Shown here: in pieces, positions 10,173 through 19,417 of the stretch
How positions within the stretch are numbered: position 1 is the first letter of the stretch
Layout: every line of letters begins with the position of its first letter
Origin: Dehalococcoidia bacterium
Lineage (GTDB): Bacteria; Chloroflexota; Dehalococcoidia; Lucifugimonadales; SAR202-VII-2
NCBI GenBank assembly: GCA_965226745.1
Contig: CBDDDS010000005.1
Coordinates: 18,389-82,388 of the forward strand
DNA: 64,000 bases
Direction of reading: 5' to 3'
The notes under the pieces: model-generated
What the model was told of the DNA's origin: nothing
Seen by the model: only the letters and a program-made list of their open reading frames with translations
The model's database searches: none
Translations under genes and position numbers: made by a program

Positions 10173-11900
10173 CTACTTGGGCTCCGCTGCGGCGAAACTG
10201 CGGGGCAGGTATCCGCGGTGGTTCCGCACCATCGACATGTCCGCCACGCTGTTGCCATACCCCCACAGCGGCCCATCCACAGCGACCAGAGGCAGGCCCC
10301 GGAAGTCGTCGTAGATCCTCTGGTAGGCCTCTTTGACCAACCGGGCAATCTCCTCAACCGTGGTTGCCTCTGCGGCCGCTGTCGCCAGGTCATCAATGTT
10401 GGCGGCCTGCTGGTTGTTCTTGCCCTGTATCGACCACCATATCCGCAGGTCGTCCAAGCCGTTCAGGCGGGATGCGGTTGGGAAGAAGGTGGCCGCCCCC
10501 ACTATCGCTGGGTCTTGGGGGAAGCTCAACCACTGGGGACGGTGCGCCCCAATGTCGGTGGGCTCGATGTTCGACTTGACCCCAATCGCTTCCCAATAGC
10601 CGGCAACGACCTGTGAGACGTCCAGATGGGGCCAGGCGCCAACAGCCAAGGAGTATATCTTGATAGTGAATCCGTCGGGATACCCGGCCTCCCGCAGAAG
10701 CTCCTTTGCCCTCTCAGGGTCATAGCCATAGGGCTCCAAGTTCTCTGGGAAACCAATCGCTAGGGAGGTGATCGGATAGACGGCCACCGGCTCGGCCCTG
10801 CCTAGGAACAACGCCTCCGCCATTTCTTCCTTGTTGATGGCCAAATTCAGCGCCTCTCGCACCTTGATGTCCCCAATGGGGCCCGGGTCGGCGAAACCCT
10901 CGCCATCAAACCCGGGCTCTCCATAGTAGGAGCCCCACAGGTGGTAGCGAAGGACGGTGGGCTGAGGGTCTGACGCTATCTTGAAGCCCGACGCCGCAAG
11001 ATCCTCCGCCTGATCCAGTATGATTTCGGCCACATCGACCTCGTTGCGCTTGAGCATCGCCACCCGGGTCGACGACTCCGGCACCGCTATCAGCTCCAGC
11101 CGGTCAAAGCCGGGCCTAGGGCCCCAGTAGTCCTCAAAGCGCTCAAACGTAATCGAGTCCCCGAAGTTGTGCTCCACGAAGCTGTAGGGGCCCGTGCCGA
11201 CAGGCGCCTGCTCGAAACCGTCCCACCCAACCTGGCCAATGTAGTCCTTGGGCAGAATGATGCCCTCGATGCCCGGCTGCTGAGAGACATCGAAGGGAAG
11301 CGTGGGCCAGACCCCATCGGTGTGAATGATGACCGTGTGCGGGTCCACAATCTCCACGTCAAGGATATCCTTGGAGAACTGCGCCTTCCGGGAGCTGGAA
11401 GCCTCGTCGCGCGGCCAGACTTCCAGCATGGTGAACCGCAGGTCCTCGGCAGTCATGTCGTCGCCGTTGTGGAACTTCACACCCTGCCGCAGCTTGATTT
11501 CCCACGCCGTGCCGTCGCCCACCTGCTCCCAATTGGTCGCCAGCTCAGCATGAAGTTGCCCGTCAGGGGCGATGTACGTCAGCCAGTCCCACAGAGGGCC
11601 AACCAGCCCCACCGACGCGGCAATCGACGCTGCGCTGGGGTCCAACCGCTCTGATCCGAAGTTGGCTGTGGCGAACCTCAGCACTTTGGGTTCGCTCGAA
11701 GTGGGCGCCATTGTAGGGGCCATAGTAGGAGCCATCATCGGCGCCATGGTCGGGTCCATCGTTGTGCCGCCGCCAGACTCGGTGGGCGCCGGGGGGCTTG
11801 TGGGCGCGGGCGTTGCCGTCGGGTCGCTGCATGCCAGCCCGAGTCCCAGGCTCAAAACCAGGAAAAGCGCTAACAATGCGGGGGACAAGTATCGCTTCAT
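10173..11900 (-). CDS. ABC transporter substrate-binding lipoprotein, family 5 (DppA/OppA-like)
   Basis: Start moved to the ATG at 11900, preceded by GGGAGGA. Signal peptide MKRYLSPALLALFLVLSLGLGLAC, then the linker MAPMMAPTMAPTMAPT, then a family-5 SBP body (...LRFATANFGSERLDP...). Confidence 0.9.
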   Translation of the reverse strand: MKRYLSPALLALFLVLSLGLGLACSDPTATPAPTSPPAPTESGGGTTMDPTMAPMMAPTMAPTMAPTSSEPKVLRFATANFGSERLDPSAASIAASVGLVGPLWDWLTYIAPDGQLHAELATNWEQVGDGTAWEIKLRQGVKFHNGDDMTAEDLRFTMLEVWPRDEASSSRKAQFSKDILDVEIVDPHTVIIHTDGVWPTLPFDVSQQPGIEGIILPKDYIGQVGWDGFEQAPVGTGPYSFVEHNFGDSITFERFEDYWGPRPGFDRLELIAVPESSTRVAMLKRNEVDVAEIILDQAEDLAASGFKIASDPQPTVLRYHLWGSYYGEPGFDGEGFADPGPIGDIKVREALNLAINKEEMAEALFLGRAEPVAVYPITSLAIGFPENLEPYGYDPERAKELLREAGYPDGFTIKIYSLAVGAWPHLDVSQVVAGYWEAIGVKSNIEPTDIGAHRPQWLSFPQDPAIVGAATFFPTASRLNGLDDLRIWWSIQGKNNQQAANIDDLATAAAEATTVEEIARLVKEAYQRIYDDFRGLPLVAVDGPLWGYGNSVADMSMVRNHRGYLPRSFAAAEPK

Positions 11901-12254
11901 TGCATCCTCCCTAGTCATGGTTCCTTGACACAGTCCCGCATGGACGCGGACCGCCGCGATGGCTGCAAGAGATGGTTATGGCAGCCAGCATAGCACGCGG
12001 TTAGTGAAGGTCAATCCCCGCCGCCGCTGAGGCGCTCTATTTTCGTCAACCTCTTTCCATTGTTCCACCGGTTTCGTAGTCGATGCCCAATCCAACATCC
12101 GCCTTCACGGAGCGGCGCCAACCGCGGTACCATCAGGCCCAGCGGCTCAAGCCGTTCTCCGCCGGCTCGCCTGCCCACGCGGCCCGCACCGCAGCCAACG
12201 TTGCCGGCGGCGTTGCACAATCTCAAAGCGGCATTTCGCAAAAGAGGGGGCGCC

Positions 12255-13025
12255 GTGGCTTCACTACTCGAATCGAAGGTCGTTGTCGTGACGGGAGGCG
12301 GCCACGGCATTGGCCGGGCCTACTGCTTGGCTATCGCTCGCGAAGGTGGCCGCGTCGCGGTTGCCGACATCGACGTGGCCGCCGCAGAACGGGTCGCCCG
12401 GGAGGTTGGAGAAGCCGGGGGCGAGGCCCTCCCCCTACAGACCGACGTCGCCAACTTGAACAGTTGTGTGGACATGACGCAGCAAACCGTCACCCACTTT
12501 GGCCAAATCGACGGGCTGGTCAACAACGCCGCCATTTACCTCACCATCCCCGCCCCCCGCGGCGCCTACGACGAAATCACGGAAGAGGAATGGGATCGCA
12601 CCATGGCCGTCAACGTCAAGGGGGTCTGGCTCTGCTCCCGAGCCGTCGCCGCGGCGATGAAGGAGCGGAACCAGGGAAGCATCGTCAACGTGTCCTCCAA
12701 CGCCGCATTCAACGGCACCGCAGGGCAACTGCCGTACACGGTTTCCAAGGCAGCCGTTCTGGGCATCAGCCGGGCCATGGCCCGCGAGCTCGGCCAGTTC
12801 AATATCAGGGTCAATTCCATATGTCCCGGGCTTACCCTGAGCGACGAAGACCCCACGGAGGAAACCATCCGGGCGCATGAGGCGATGAGCCAATCCAGCT
12901 TCATTCTCAAACGGGTCGCCTACCCCGATGACATCGTGGGAACGGCCCTCTATCTACTCTCCGACCTCAGCTCCATCGTCACGGGACAGGCCATCCTGGT
13001 CAACGCCGGGCGGCTGCTGCGTTGA
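12255..13025 (+). CDS. SDR-family oxidoreductase
   Basis: GTG start after AAGAGGGGG. Cofactor motif TGGGHGIGRA and catalytic YTVSKAA. The N-terminal extension in the ORF track is Arg/Pro-rich and judged non-coding. Confidence 0.85.
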   Translation: MASLLESKVVVVTGGGHGIGRAYCLAIAREGGRVAVADIDVAAAERVAREVGEAGGEALPLQTDVANLNSCVDMTQQTVTHFGQIDGLVNNAAIYLTIPAPRGAYDEITEEEWDRTMAVNVKGVWLCSRAVAAAMKERNQGSIVNVSSNAAFNGTAGQLPYTVSKAAVLGISRAMARELGQFNIRVNSICPGLTLSDEDPTEETIRAHEAMSQSSFILKRVAYPDDIVGTALYLLSDLSSIVTGQAILVNAGRLLR

Positions 13026-13162
13026 ATTCGTAGCTTGGGAAAGGTTCTCCCAGGCAGGATTGCGGCCCTTGAGGCTGAATAGGACTGTTGCCGGGCATCA
13101 ACGACCATATGTCGAGAGCCTTAGCGCGACCGGGTTGCGAACTATAGCCTCGCTCGCGCCGC

Positions 13163-14983
13163 TCAGGCGCCGCCTTCCAACAAGGTCACAGGCCCCTCGG
13201 CGCCGGCTGGAACCGCCACTTCTCGCATCGCATGGCGCACGGCCCTAGTGGCGTCCTCATCGACGTCGAGTGTTTCCGGGTCGATGACTACGCCGTAGTC
13301 GCTGTGGGCGCCCGCGAGCGAAAGGTATTCGTCCAGCACGTCCTCTCGCACCATGGCAGGGTCCCGCTCTAGTGGGTCACCCCAACCGCCGCCGCCGCCC
13401 CGGGACGTCTGGACTGCGTCTTCGTTATCCAGCCAGCGTTCCAAGGACTCCCCCCCAGCCAGGTGCTCGGAGGCGCCCCCTTTGTAGAGGAATTCCGCCT
13501 GGTTGGGCCTGCCTGCGACACCGCCGCAGAGAGGCGGGCAAGGATGCCTGCCGCCCCAGACCATGTAATTGGCCAGAGCCGTGTGGCCCAAGATCTTGAT
13601 GACCGTCCGGGTTCCTGGACCGCCCCGCCATTTGCCAGGTCCACAGGAGTCGGTCATAAACTCCCGCTGCTCGACGCGGTGAGGGTAGTGCGTCTCGTAC
13701 ATTTCCGCAGTCGTGTAGGCCATGCCGCCCCGCATCCCTGAGCCGCCTCCCCACCCATCCAGACCGTATGTGCCGCCGGGTCCGGCGGCGTTGGTCACAA
13801 AGGGGTGAGCCACATAGCGGTTGCCGGACCGCGGATCCGTGCCCGAAATGACGCCCTTGACCCGGGTGTCCCAAGGATGCCCCACCTTCTCCGGCACAGC
13901 CTGAGACAAGGCCAGGGTCAGAGCCTGAGCGATCTCGGCGCCGGGGTGGAGGGTGCAAAGGCCGGTGGGCGACCCATCGGTCGGATTCAACAGCGTGCCC
14001 TCAGGGAGTATGGTGGTGACTGCCCGGAAGATGCCGTCGTTCTTGGGGATCGTCTCGTCCAGTACGCTGCATAGAGCGATAAACGCATAGCTGAGGGTGT
14101 TGCCGGCGCCGCTGTTCGCGAACCCTCTGGTTTGTGGGTCGGCGCCGCTGAAGTCCAAGACCAACCTGCCCCCGTCTATAGTAACGTCGACCTGTACCTT
14201 GAGATCCCACTCGTAGAACCCGTCCGAGTCCATGTAGGCGACGCCCCTGTACGTGCCGTCCGCCCAGGACTCCACCTCTGCAGTAAACAGCCTCTCGGCG
14301 TAGTCGAGCGCGTATTCGCAGGCGTCTTTCACCGCCTCGAACCCGTACTTCTCGACGAGGCCGCGAATGCGCGTCTCCGCCACCTGGCAGGAAGCGATCA
14401 TGGCGCTGACGTCGCCGATGGTCCAAGCCTTGAAACGGGTGTTCCGAACGACCCAGTCGAAACGGTCCCCCCGGAGTTCACCGCCCTCGCAGAGCTTGAA
14501 GGGGGGAAAGCGGACTCCCTCCTCGAAAATCTCGGTGGCGGCGGGATACATGCCTCCTGGGCGAGCGCCTCCTCCCGCGCCGTCCGGAAGGTGCGACCTC
14601 ACTGAGACGATGAACGCCAGGCTGCCGTTGTGGAACACGGGTAAAGCGATGGTGGTGTCGCCCAGGTGAGAGCCACCCGAGAAGGGATCGTTGTTGATGA
14701 ACAGATCGCCTGGGCTGATGTCATCAGGGAATTCGTCGAGGATGGCTCTCACGGAGTGCTTGATTGCGGCCATCAGCACCGGCGAACCCAACCCTTGAGC
14801 GATGGCTCGGCTCTCGCCGTCCAAAATGGCTGTGGAGAAGTCCCGGCTCTCGTTGACGATGGGAGAGCGGCTGGTCCGCTCCATGGAGACGGTCATCTCC
14901 AGGGCGGCCGTGTTCAAGGCGTTCCTGATAATCTCCCGATCGATGGCGTCCGCGGGCACAGTTCCACCTCCTAGCATCCTCAA
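13163..14983 (-). CDS. hydantoinase B/oxoprolinase-family protein
   Basis: 606 aa. The N-terminal ...DREIIRNALNTAALEMTVSMERTSRSPIVNESRDFSTAILD... and the Gly-rich C-terminus ...SRGGGGGWGDPLERDP... are typical of HyuB/OplaH B-type proteins. Confidence 0.85.
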   Translation of the reverse strand: MRMLGGGTVPADAIDREIIRNALNTAALEMTVSMERTSRSPIVNESRDFSTAILDGESRAIAQGLGSPVLMAAIKHSVRAILDEFPDDISPGDLFINNDPFSGGSHLGDTTIALPVFHNGSLAFIVSVRSHLPDGAGGGARPGGMYPAATEIFEEGVRFPPFKLCEGGELRGDRFDWVVRNTRFKAWTIGDVSAMIASCQVAETRIRGLVEKYGFEAVKDACEYALDYAERLFTAEVESWADGTYRGVAYMDSDGFYEWDLKVQVDVTIDGGRLVLDFSGADPQTRGFANSGAGNTLSYAFIALCSVLDETIPKNDGIFRAVTTILPEGTLLNPTDGSPTGLCTLHPGAEIAQALTLALSQAVPEKVGHPWDTRVKGVISGTDPRSGNRYVAHPFVTNAAGPGGTYGLDGWGGGSGMRGGMAYTTAEMYETHYPHRVEQREFMTDSCGPGKWRGGPGTRTVIKILGHTALANYMVWGGRHPCPPLCGGVAGRPNQAEFLYKGGASEHLAGGESLERWLDNEDAVQTSRGGGGGWGDPLERDPAMVREDVLDEYLSLAGAHSDYGVVIDPETLDVDEDATRAVRHAMREVAVPAGAEGPVTLLEGGA

Positions 14984-15015
14984 TCGCTACAGTACCACAC
15001 CCACGACGCCCAATC

Positions 15016-16020
15016 TCACGCCGAGTCACCGAATCGCACCTTGTCAAGCCGCTCGAAGTCGTGAATCGACTCGATCCAGCGGATCGTGCCCGAACGCGAC
15101 CGCATGACCAGCGACTGCGTCCGCGCTCCGTTCCCGAAGTACCTCACGCCCTTCAGCAGGTCCCCGTCGCTGGCGCCCGTGGCCGCAAAGAAGACGTCCT
15201 GGCCGCTGACCAACTCCTCCGTGCTGTAGACGCGCCCCATGTCCAAGCCGGCGTTCGCAGCCGCCCGCCGTTCGTCGTCGTTACGGGGCCACGCCTTGCA
15301 CTGGATTTCGCCGCCGGTGCAGCGGATCGCCGCAGCCGTTATTACCCCCTCCGGCGTCCCTCCAATGCCCATGAGTACATCAACACCCGTATCTGGCAGC
15401 GCGGCCGCTATGCCGGCGGCCACGTCGCCGTCGGTAATCAGCTTCACCCTCGCCCCGGCAGAGCGAATCTCCTGCAACAGCACCTCGTGCCGAGGCCGGT
15501 CGAGGGCCACCACAGTCAGCTCATTGACCTTGCGGCGCATGGCCCCGGCGATGTTCCGCAGGTTGTCGCCAACCGAGGCGTTGATGTCTATGGCTCCTCG
15601 GGCTTCCGGCCCGGCGACGATCTTGTCCATGTACACGACCTCCATCGGACAGTTCATCGCCCCGCGGGCAGCCAGGGCCACGACGGCGATGGCCCCCGGC
15701 AGTCCCTTGGAAAGCAACGTCGTGCCGTCAATGGGGTCCACGGCAATGTCCACCGCCGGCGGAGAGCCGGTGCCCAGGACTTCCCCGTTGTACAGCATCG
15801 GCGCCTGGTCTTTCTCCCCCTCCCCGATGACAACAACGCCGTCCATCGCCACTGATCCCAGCGTGAACCGCATGGCGTCCACGGCGGCTTGGTCCACAAG
15901 CTCCTTGTCCCCCAGCCCCATGTAGCGCGTCGCCGAAAGAGCTGCAGCCTCCGTAACCCGCACCAGCTCCATGGCGATGTTCCGCTCGATGGGCGTTCGA
16001 GACCAGGCTGTTCCAGCCAT
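15016..16020 (-). CDS. glpX: class II fructose-1,6-bisphosphatase GlpX
   Basis: Start moved to the ATG at 16020, preceded by AAGGAGGA. ELVRVTEAAALSATRYMGLGDKELVDQAAVDAM, DPIDGTTLL and GGTPEGV are typical of GlpX. Confidence 0.9.
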   Translation of the reverse strand: MAGTAWSRTPIERNIAMELVRVTEAAALSATRYMGLGDKELVDQAAVDAMRFTLGSVAMDGVVVIGEGEKDQAPMLYNGEVLGTGSPPAVDIAVDPIDGTTLLSKGLPGAIAVVALAARGAMNCPMEVVYMDKIVAGPEARGAIDINASVGDNLRNIAGAMRRKVNELTVVALDRPRHEVLLQEIRSAGARVKLITDGDVAAGIAAALPDTGVDVLMGIGGTPEGVITAAAIRCTGGEIQCKAWPRNDDERRAAANAGLDMGRVYSTEELVSGQDVFFAATGASDGDLLKGVRYFGNGARTQSLVMRSRSGTIRWIESIHDFERLDKVRFGDSA

Positions 16021-16295
16021 ACCGTTCCTCCTTGCCGACTCGGTTGCACCCGCAGTGCGGCCTCCCCCGGCTCTTCTGCATAGCCCCGGCCACGGCAGTC
16101 TAGCAGACGCGGCCGACCCGCCCCCCGGAACCCCTACCCCCTTTACGCGTCGTGGCCTCATGTGCTATACTAATGCAACCGTAGACCTCACGTGTACTTG
16201 TCGTTCCTGCCCTGCGTATTTAGCCTCGCTAACTTCTCTGGCAACGGCGCCCTTGCACAGGAAGGCTCGGAATCTTGCTGGCAAGGAGTGCCACC

Positions 16296-16607
16296 ATGCG
16301 TATCTATGTCGGGAATCTGTCCTACGAGACCCAGGATGCTGATCTGGAGCGGGCCTTCGCCGCCTACGGCGACGTCGAGTCGGCTCAGGTCGTCACTGAC
16401 CGCTACTCCGGCAGGTCCAAGGGTTTCGGCTTCGTTGAGATGCGGGATCTCGCCCAGGCCCAGGGCGCCATCACCGGAATGAACGGCAAGGATCTCTCAG
16501 GCCGCAGCCTCACCGTCAACGAGGCCAAGCCTCGCGAGCAACGGTCCAGCCCCGGAGGCAGCGGAGGCAGCGGAGGCAGTGGAGGCAGCGGCCCTCGCCG
16601 CTGGTAG
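16296..16607 (+). CDS. RRM-type RNA-binding protein with a Gly/Ser-repeat tail
   Basis: Start at MRIYVGNL (RNP2) after AAGGAG. RNP1 is KGFGFVEM. The C-terminal tail is GGSGGSGGSGGSG. Confidence 0.85.
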   Translation: MRIYVGNLSYETQDADLERAFAAYGDVESAQVVTDRYSGRSKGFGFVEMRDLAQAQGAITGMNGKDLSGRSLTVNEAKPREQRSSPGGSGGSGGSGGSGPRRW

Positions 16608-16626
16608 TTTTCACCGTCTCGCAGTA

Positions 16627-16663
16627 GAGGAAGGGGCCCTGCATTAGGGCCCCTTCCTCTTTC
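16627..16663 (+). terminator. intrinsic terminator downstream of the RRM protein gene
   Basis: 13-bp perfect stem GAGGAAGGGGCCC / GGGCCCCTTCCTC with loop TGCATTA, followed by TTTC. Confidence 0.6.
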
Positions 16664-16781
16664 AATGCCCCCTCTGCTACGCTGGCCGCAGTTGGCCCAC
16701 GACGTGACAACAAGGTACCCCTCGGGCAACAATAAGCGCGTCTTGACGCTGCGAGCGTTGCACCCCTGAACGGAGGACATC

Positions 16782-17603
16782 ATGCCGGAACGCCGCCCCA
16801 GGTTGGAGGGAAAGGTCGCCATTGTCACCGGCGCAGGCTCCAGCGGCCCAGGCATCGGCAACGGCAAGGCCACTGCCATCCTCTTCGCCAGGGAAGGCGC
16901 CAAGGTGCTTCTCGTTGACGCCCTCACAGACCGCGCCCAGGAAACCCTGGCCGCCATCCTACAAGAGGGCGGCGACGCATCGGTCTTCCAGGCGGACGTG
17001 ACCTCGGATAGCGACTGCCGCAGCCTCGTCGAGGCCGCAATCGAGCGCTACGAACGGCTCGACATCCTGGTCAACAACGTGGGCATCTCCAAGCGCGGGT
17101 CCGTCCTCGATGTCACGGAGGAGGAGTGGGACCGCGTCATGGCCGTCAACGTGAAGAGCATGATGCTCACCAGCCGCCACACCATCCCCCGCATGATGGA
17201 GACCGGAGGCGGCTCGATCATCAACATATCGTCCACTGCAGGCCTGAGGGCGCATCACAGCACGCCCTACACTGCCTCCAAGGCGGCCGTCATTGGCCTG
17301 ACCTTCTCCATGGCCGCAGACCACGGCCGGGACAACGTCAGGGTGAATTGCATCGCCCCCGGCCTTGTCTACACGCCTATGGTGGCCCCGCGCATGGACG
17401 GCGCCCTCCGCGACCGGCGCCGCGACGCTTCTCCCCTCGGCGCCGAGGGAACCGGATGGGACATCGGCTACGCCGCCCTCTACCTCGCCAGCGACGAGGC
17501 CCGCTGGGTTACAGGGGTTGTCCTTCCGGTGGACGCCGGCCTCACCGTCACCACGCCCATCACCAACGAGCCTGCCGGACAGCAGGAGTGGAACAAGGGC
17601 TGA
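16782..17603 (+). CDS. SDR-family oxidoreductase
   Basis: RBS GGAGGA. Cofactor motif TGAGSSGPGIGNG, NNVG, and catalytic YTASKAA. Confidence 0.85.
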   Translation: MPERRPRLEGKVAIVTGAGSSGPGIGNGKATAILFAREGAKVLLVDALTDRAQETLAAILQEGGDASVFQADVTSDSDCRSLVEAAIERYERLDILVNNVGISKRGSVLDVTEEEWDRVMAVNVKSMMLTSRHTIPRMMETGGGSIINISSTAGLRAHHSTPYTASKAAVIGLTFSMAADHGRDNVRVNCIAPGLVYTPMVAPRMDGALRDRRRDASPLGAEGTGWDIGYAALYLASDEARWVTGVVLPVDAGLTVTTPITNEPAGQQEWNKG

Positions 17604-17680
17604 TGGCTAGCCGTCCCGTCGCTGCTCCCGTACCCGGGGGCAGGCTAGGAAGGGGGTCTTGTCCCCCACCGGCGCTACAA

Positions 17681-18001
17681 TTAGACGCCCGGCGCCCTGT
17701 ACGAGCCCCGCTTCTGCACAGCCTCGTCCACTTCCTCCGCCGTGACGAGCACCGTTGTCTTCACCCCTATCCCACCTGCCGCCCCCGCCGTCAGCGATGC
17801 TGCAACAGCGCTGGCGGAATCCGGGAAGTCGGCAATCAGAACAAAGTCGCTGTCGCCGAAGGCGAAGTAAAACGCCTCCACCTTCCCGCCCAGAGACTCC
17901 ACCAATTGAGTGACCGCCCCCCTCCGGCTGGACCCACCCTCCCCCATGAGACCCTGCGCGCCGCTGACCGTGTAGGTAGCTTCGAGCAGATACTTTGCCA
18001 T
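17681..18001 (-). CDS. GYD domain-containing protein
   Basis: 106 aa. MAKYLLEATYT... and ...FYFAFGDSDFVLIADFPD... match the GYD-family pattern. Confidence 0.75.
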   Translation of the reverse strand: MAKYLLEATYTVSGAQGLMGEGGSSRRGAVTQLVESLGGKVEAFYFAFGDSDFVLIADFPDSASAVAASLTAGAAGGIGVKTTVLVTAEEVDEAVQKRGSYRAPGV

Positions 18002-18157
18002 TGCGCCGCTCCTGTGACCGTGAATTGCGAATCGTCGGCAACATAAGGCCGTCCCGCCGCCATGTCAACGGAATCCAGCGCCTCCGTGGTGTAAAATACC
18101 GCTCATGGTCGCTGCCGTCACAGGGAAAGACGCAACACCCGCCGGGAACACTCCTCG

Positions 18158-19417
18158 ATGACTTCGGCCGGGCCTGCAAGGTCATCGGGAGGCGCCGGAG
18201 ACGGCTTCACCCGGTTGGGCAACACCCATCTGCTGTTGGCCTACGTCGCAGGCACATTCAGTTTCAGCTTCGCCCTGATTGTCACGTTCCTCCTCCCCCT
18301 GCGAGCGCGGGAGTTGGACATGCCGTTGGTCCTCATTGGCTTCCTCATCGGCGCCGGCTCGCTCGTTGCCGCCGTTACCAGCATCCCGTCCGGAGCACTG
18401 GCGCAGCGCATAGGCCCGCAGCGCGTGTTCGTCCTAGGGGCCGTCCTGTGCACCGCCCTTGCCGCCGTCATGGGCCTCACGACCAGCTACGTGGTCTTGT
18501 TCCTCATTCAATTAGGTTTGGGGGCGGCCAGGACTTCCGCATGGGTCGCCATCCAGACCTACATCACCAACGTTGGCCACCCCTCCCAGCGCGTCACCAT
18601 CACGGGACGCTTCAGCTTCGCCACAAACGTCGGGACCATGGTGGCCCCGTTGCTCATCGGGCCAGCAGCCCAGTTCATGGGCTATAAGGACGGCTTTTTC
18701 TTCATCGCCGCCGTCGCCCTGTTTTTTGTTGTGATTGGCTTGGTGCTCAAGCCAATCACCCTGCCCCGCGCCGCGCCCAACAGCACCCAGGGGTCCTCCG
18801 CTGGCTTCTCCGCGGCCTACCACCAGGTCCGTCTCGTGGGGATACAGATCGCCGTCATCCTCACCTTCGTGCGCGTCTGGTACCAGACCACCTGGACCGC
18901 CTTCTTCCCGCTCTTTCTCATCGAGGGCGGCATGCCCGAGGGAGTGGCCGCCACCGTAATCTCCAGCACCTCAGTCGTGGCGACGGTGACGGCGCTCGGC
19001 GCAGGCAGGGCCGCCAAGCTTGGCAGCCGTCCCGCGGTCGCTGGGGGCTCCCTTGCGATAGGCGCTCTATCCCTGGTCATCTCCCCGCATCTCACGGCGA
19101 TACCCCAGGTGTACCTCATATCGCTGCTGTACGGCGTCGGCGTGGGCATCAGCCTCCCCCTGCTCCTCGCCATGTTCAGCGAGGAGGCCCCACCCGGCGG
19201 GCGCGGTGTGGCCATGGGGGTGCGCACGAGCGGCAATCAGGTGGCGGCCCTGACCGCCCCCTCTGCCAGCGGGGTCATCATCACTGCGGTTGGAATAACC
19301 CTCGGCTTCCTGGCCAGTGGGGGCGTCGCCCTGTTGCTCGTAGCCGTTGCGCTGGGTCTGCACAGAGGCAGAACGCGCCCGCAGCGGCCAGCCTCCCCGG
19401 AACCCGGCTCACTCTAG
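18158..19417 (+). CDS. MFS transporter
   Basis: 419 aa with about 12 hydrophobic segments and a two-fold pseudo-repeat architecture. The start codon is uncertain. Confidence 0.8.
   Translation: MTSAGPARSSGGAGDGFTRLGNTHLLLAYVAGTFSFSFALIVTFLLPLRARELDMPLVLIGFLIGAGSLVAAVTSIPSGALAQRIGPQRVFVLGAVLCTALAAVMGLTTSYVVLFLIQLGLGAARTSAWVAIQTYITNVGHPSQRVTITGRFSFATNVGTMVAPLLIGPAAQFMGYKDGFFFIAAVALFFVVIGLVLKPITLPRAAPNSTQGSSAGFSAAYHQVRLVGIQIAVILTFVRVWYQTTWTAFFPLFLIEGGMPEGVAATVISSTSVVATVTALGAGRAAKLGSRPAVAGGSLAIGALSLVISPHLTAIPQVYLISLLYGVGVGISLPLLLAMFSEEAPPGGRGVAMGVRTSGNQVAALTAPSASGVIITAVGITLGFLASGGVALLLVAVALGLHRGRTRPQRPASPEPGSL

Noticed and set aside
15016-16161. N-terminal extensions in the ORF track for glpX, and for the SDR at 12060, 2-HADH at 24245, Rieske at 38858, selB at 38785, herA at 42615, acyl-CoA synthetase at 53475 and amidohydrolase at 57710.
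   Set aside because: The extensions are Arg/Pro/Gly-rich and lack homology. Internal starts with good Shine-Dalgarno sequences coincide with the conserved family N-termini.
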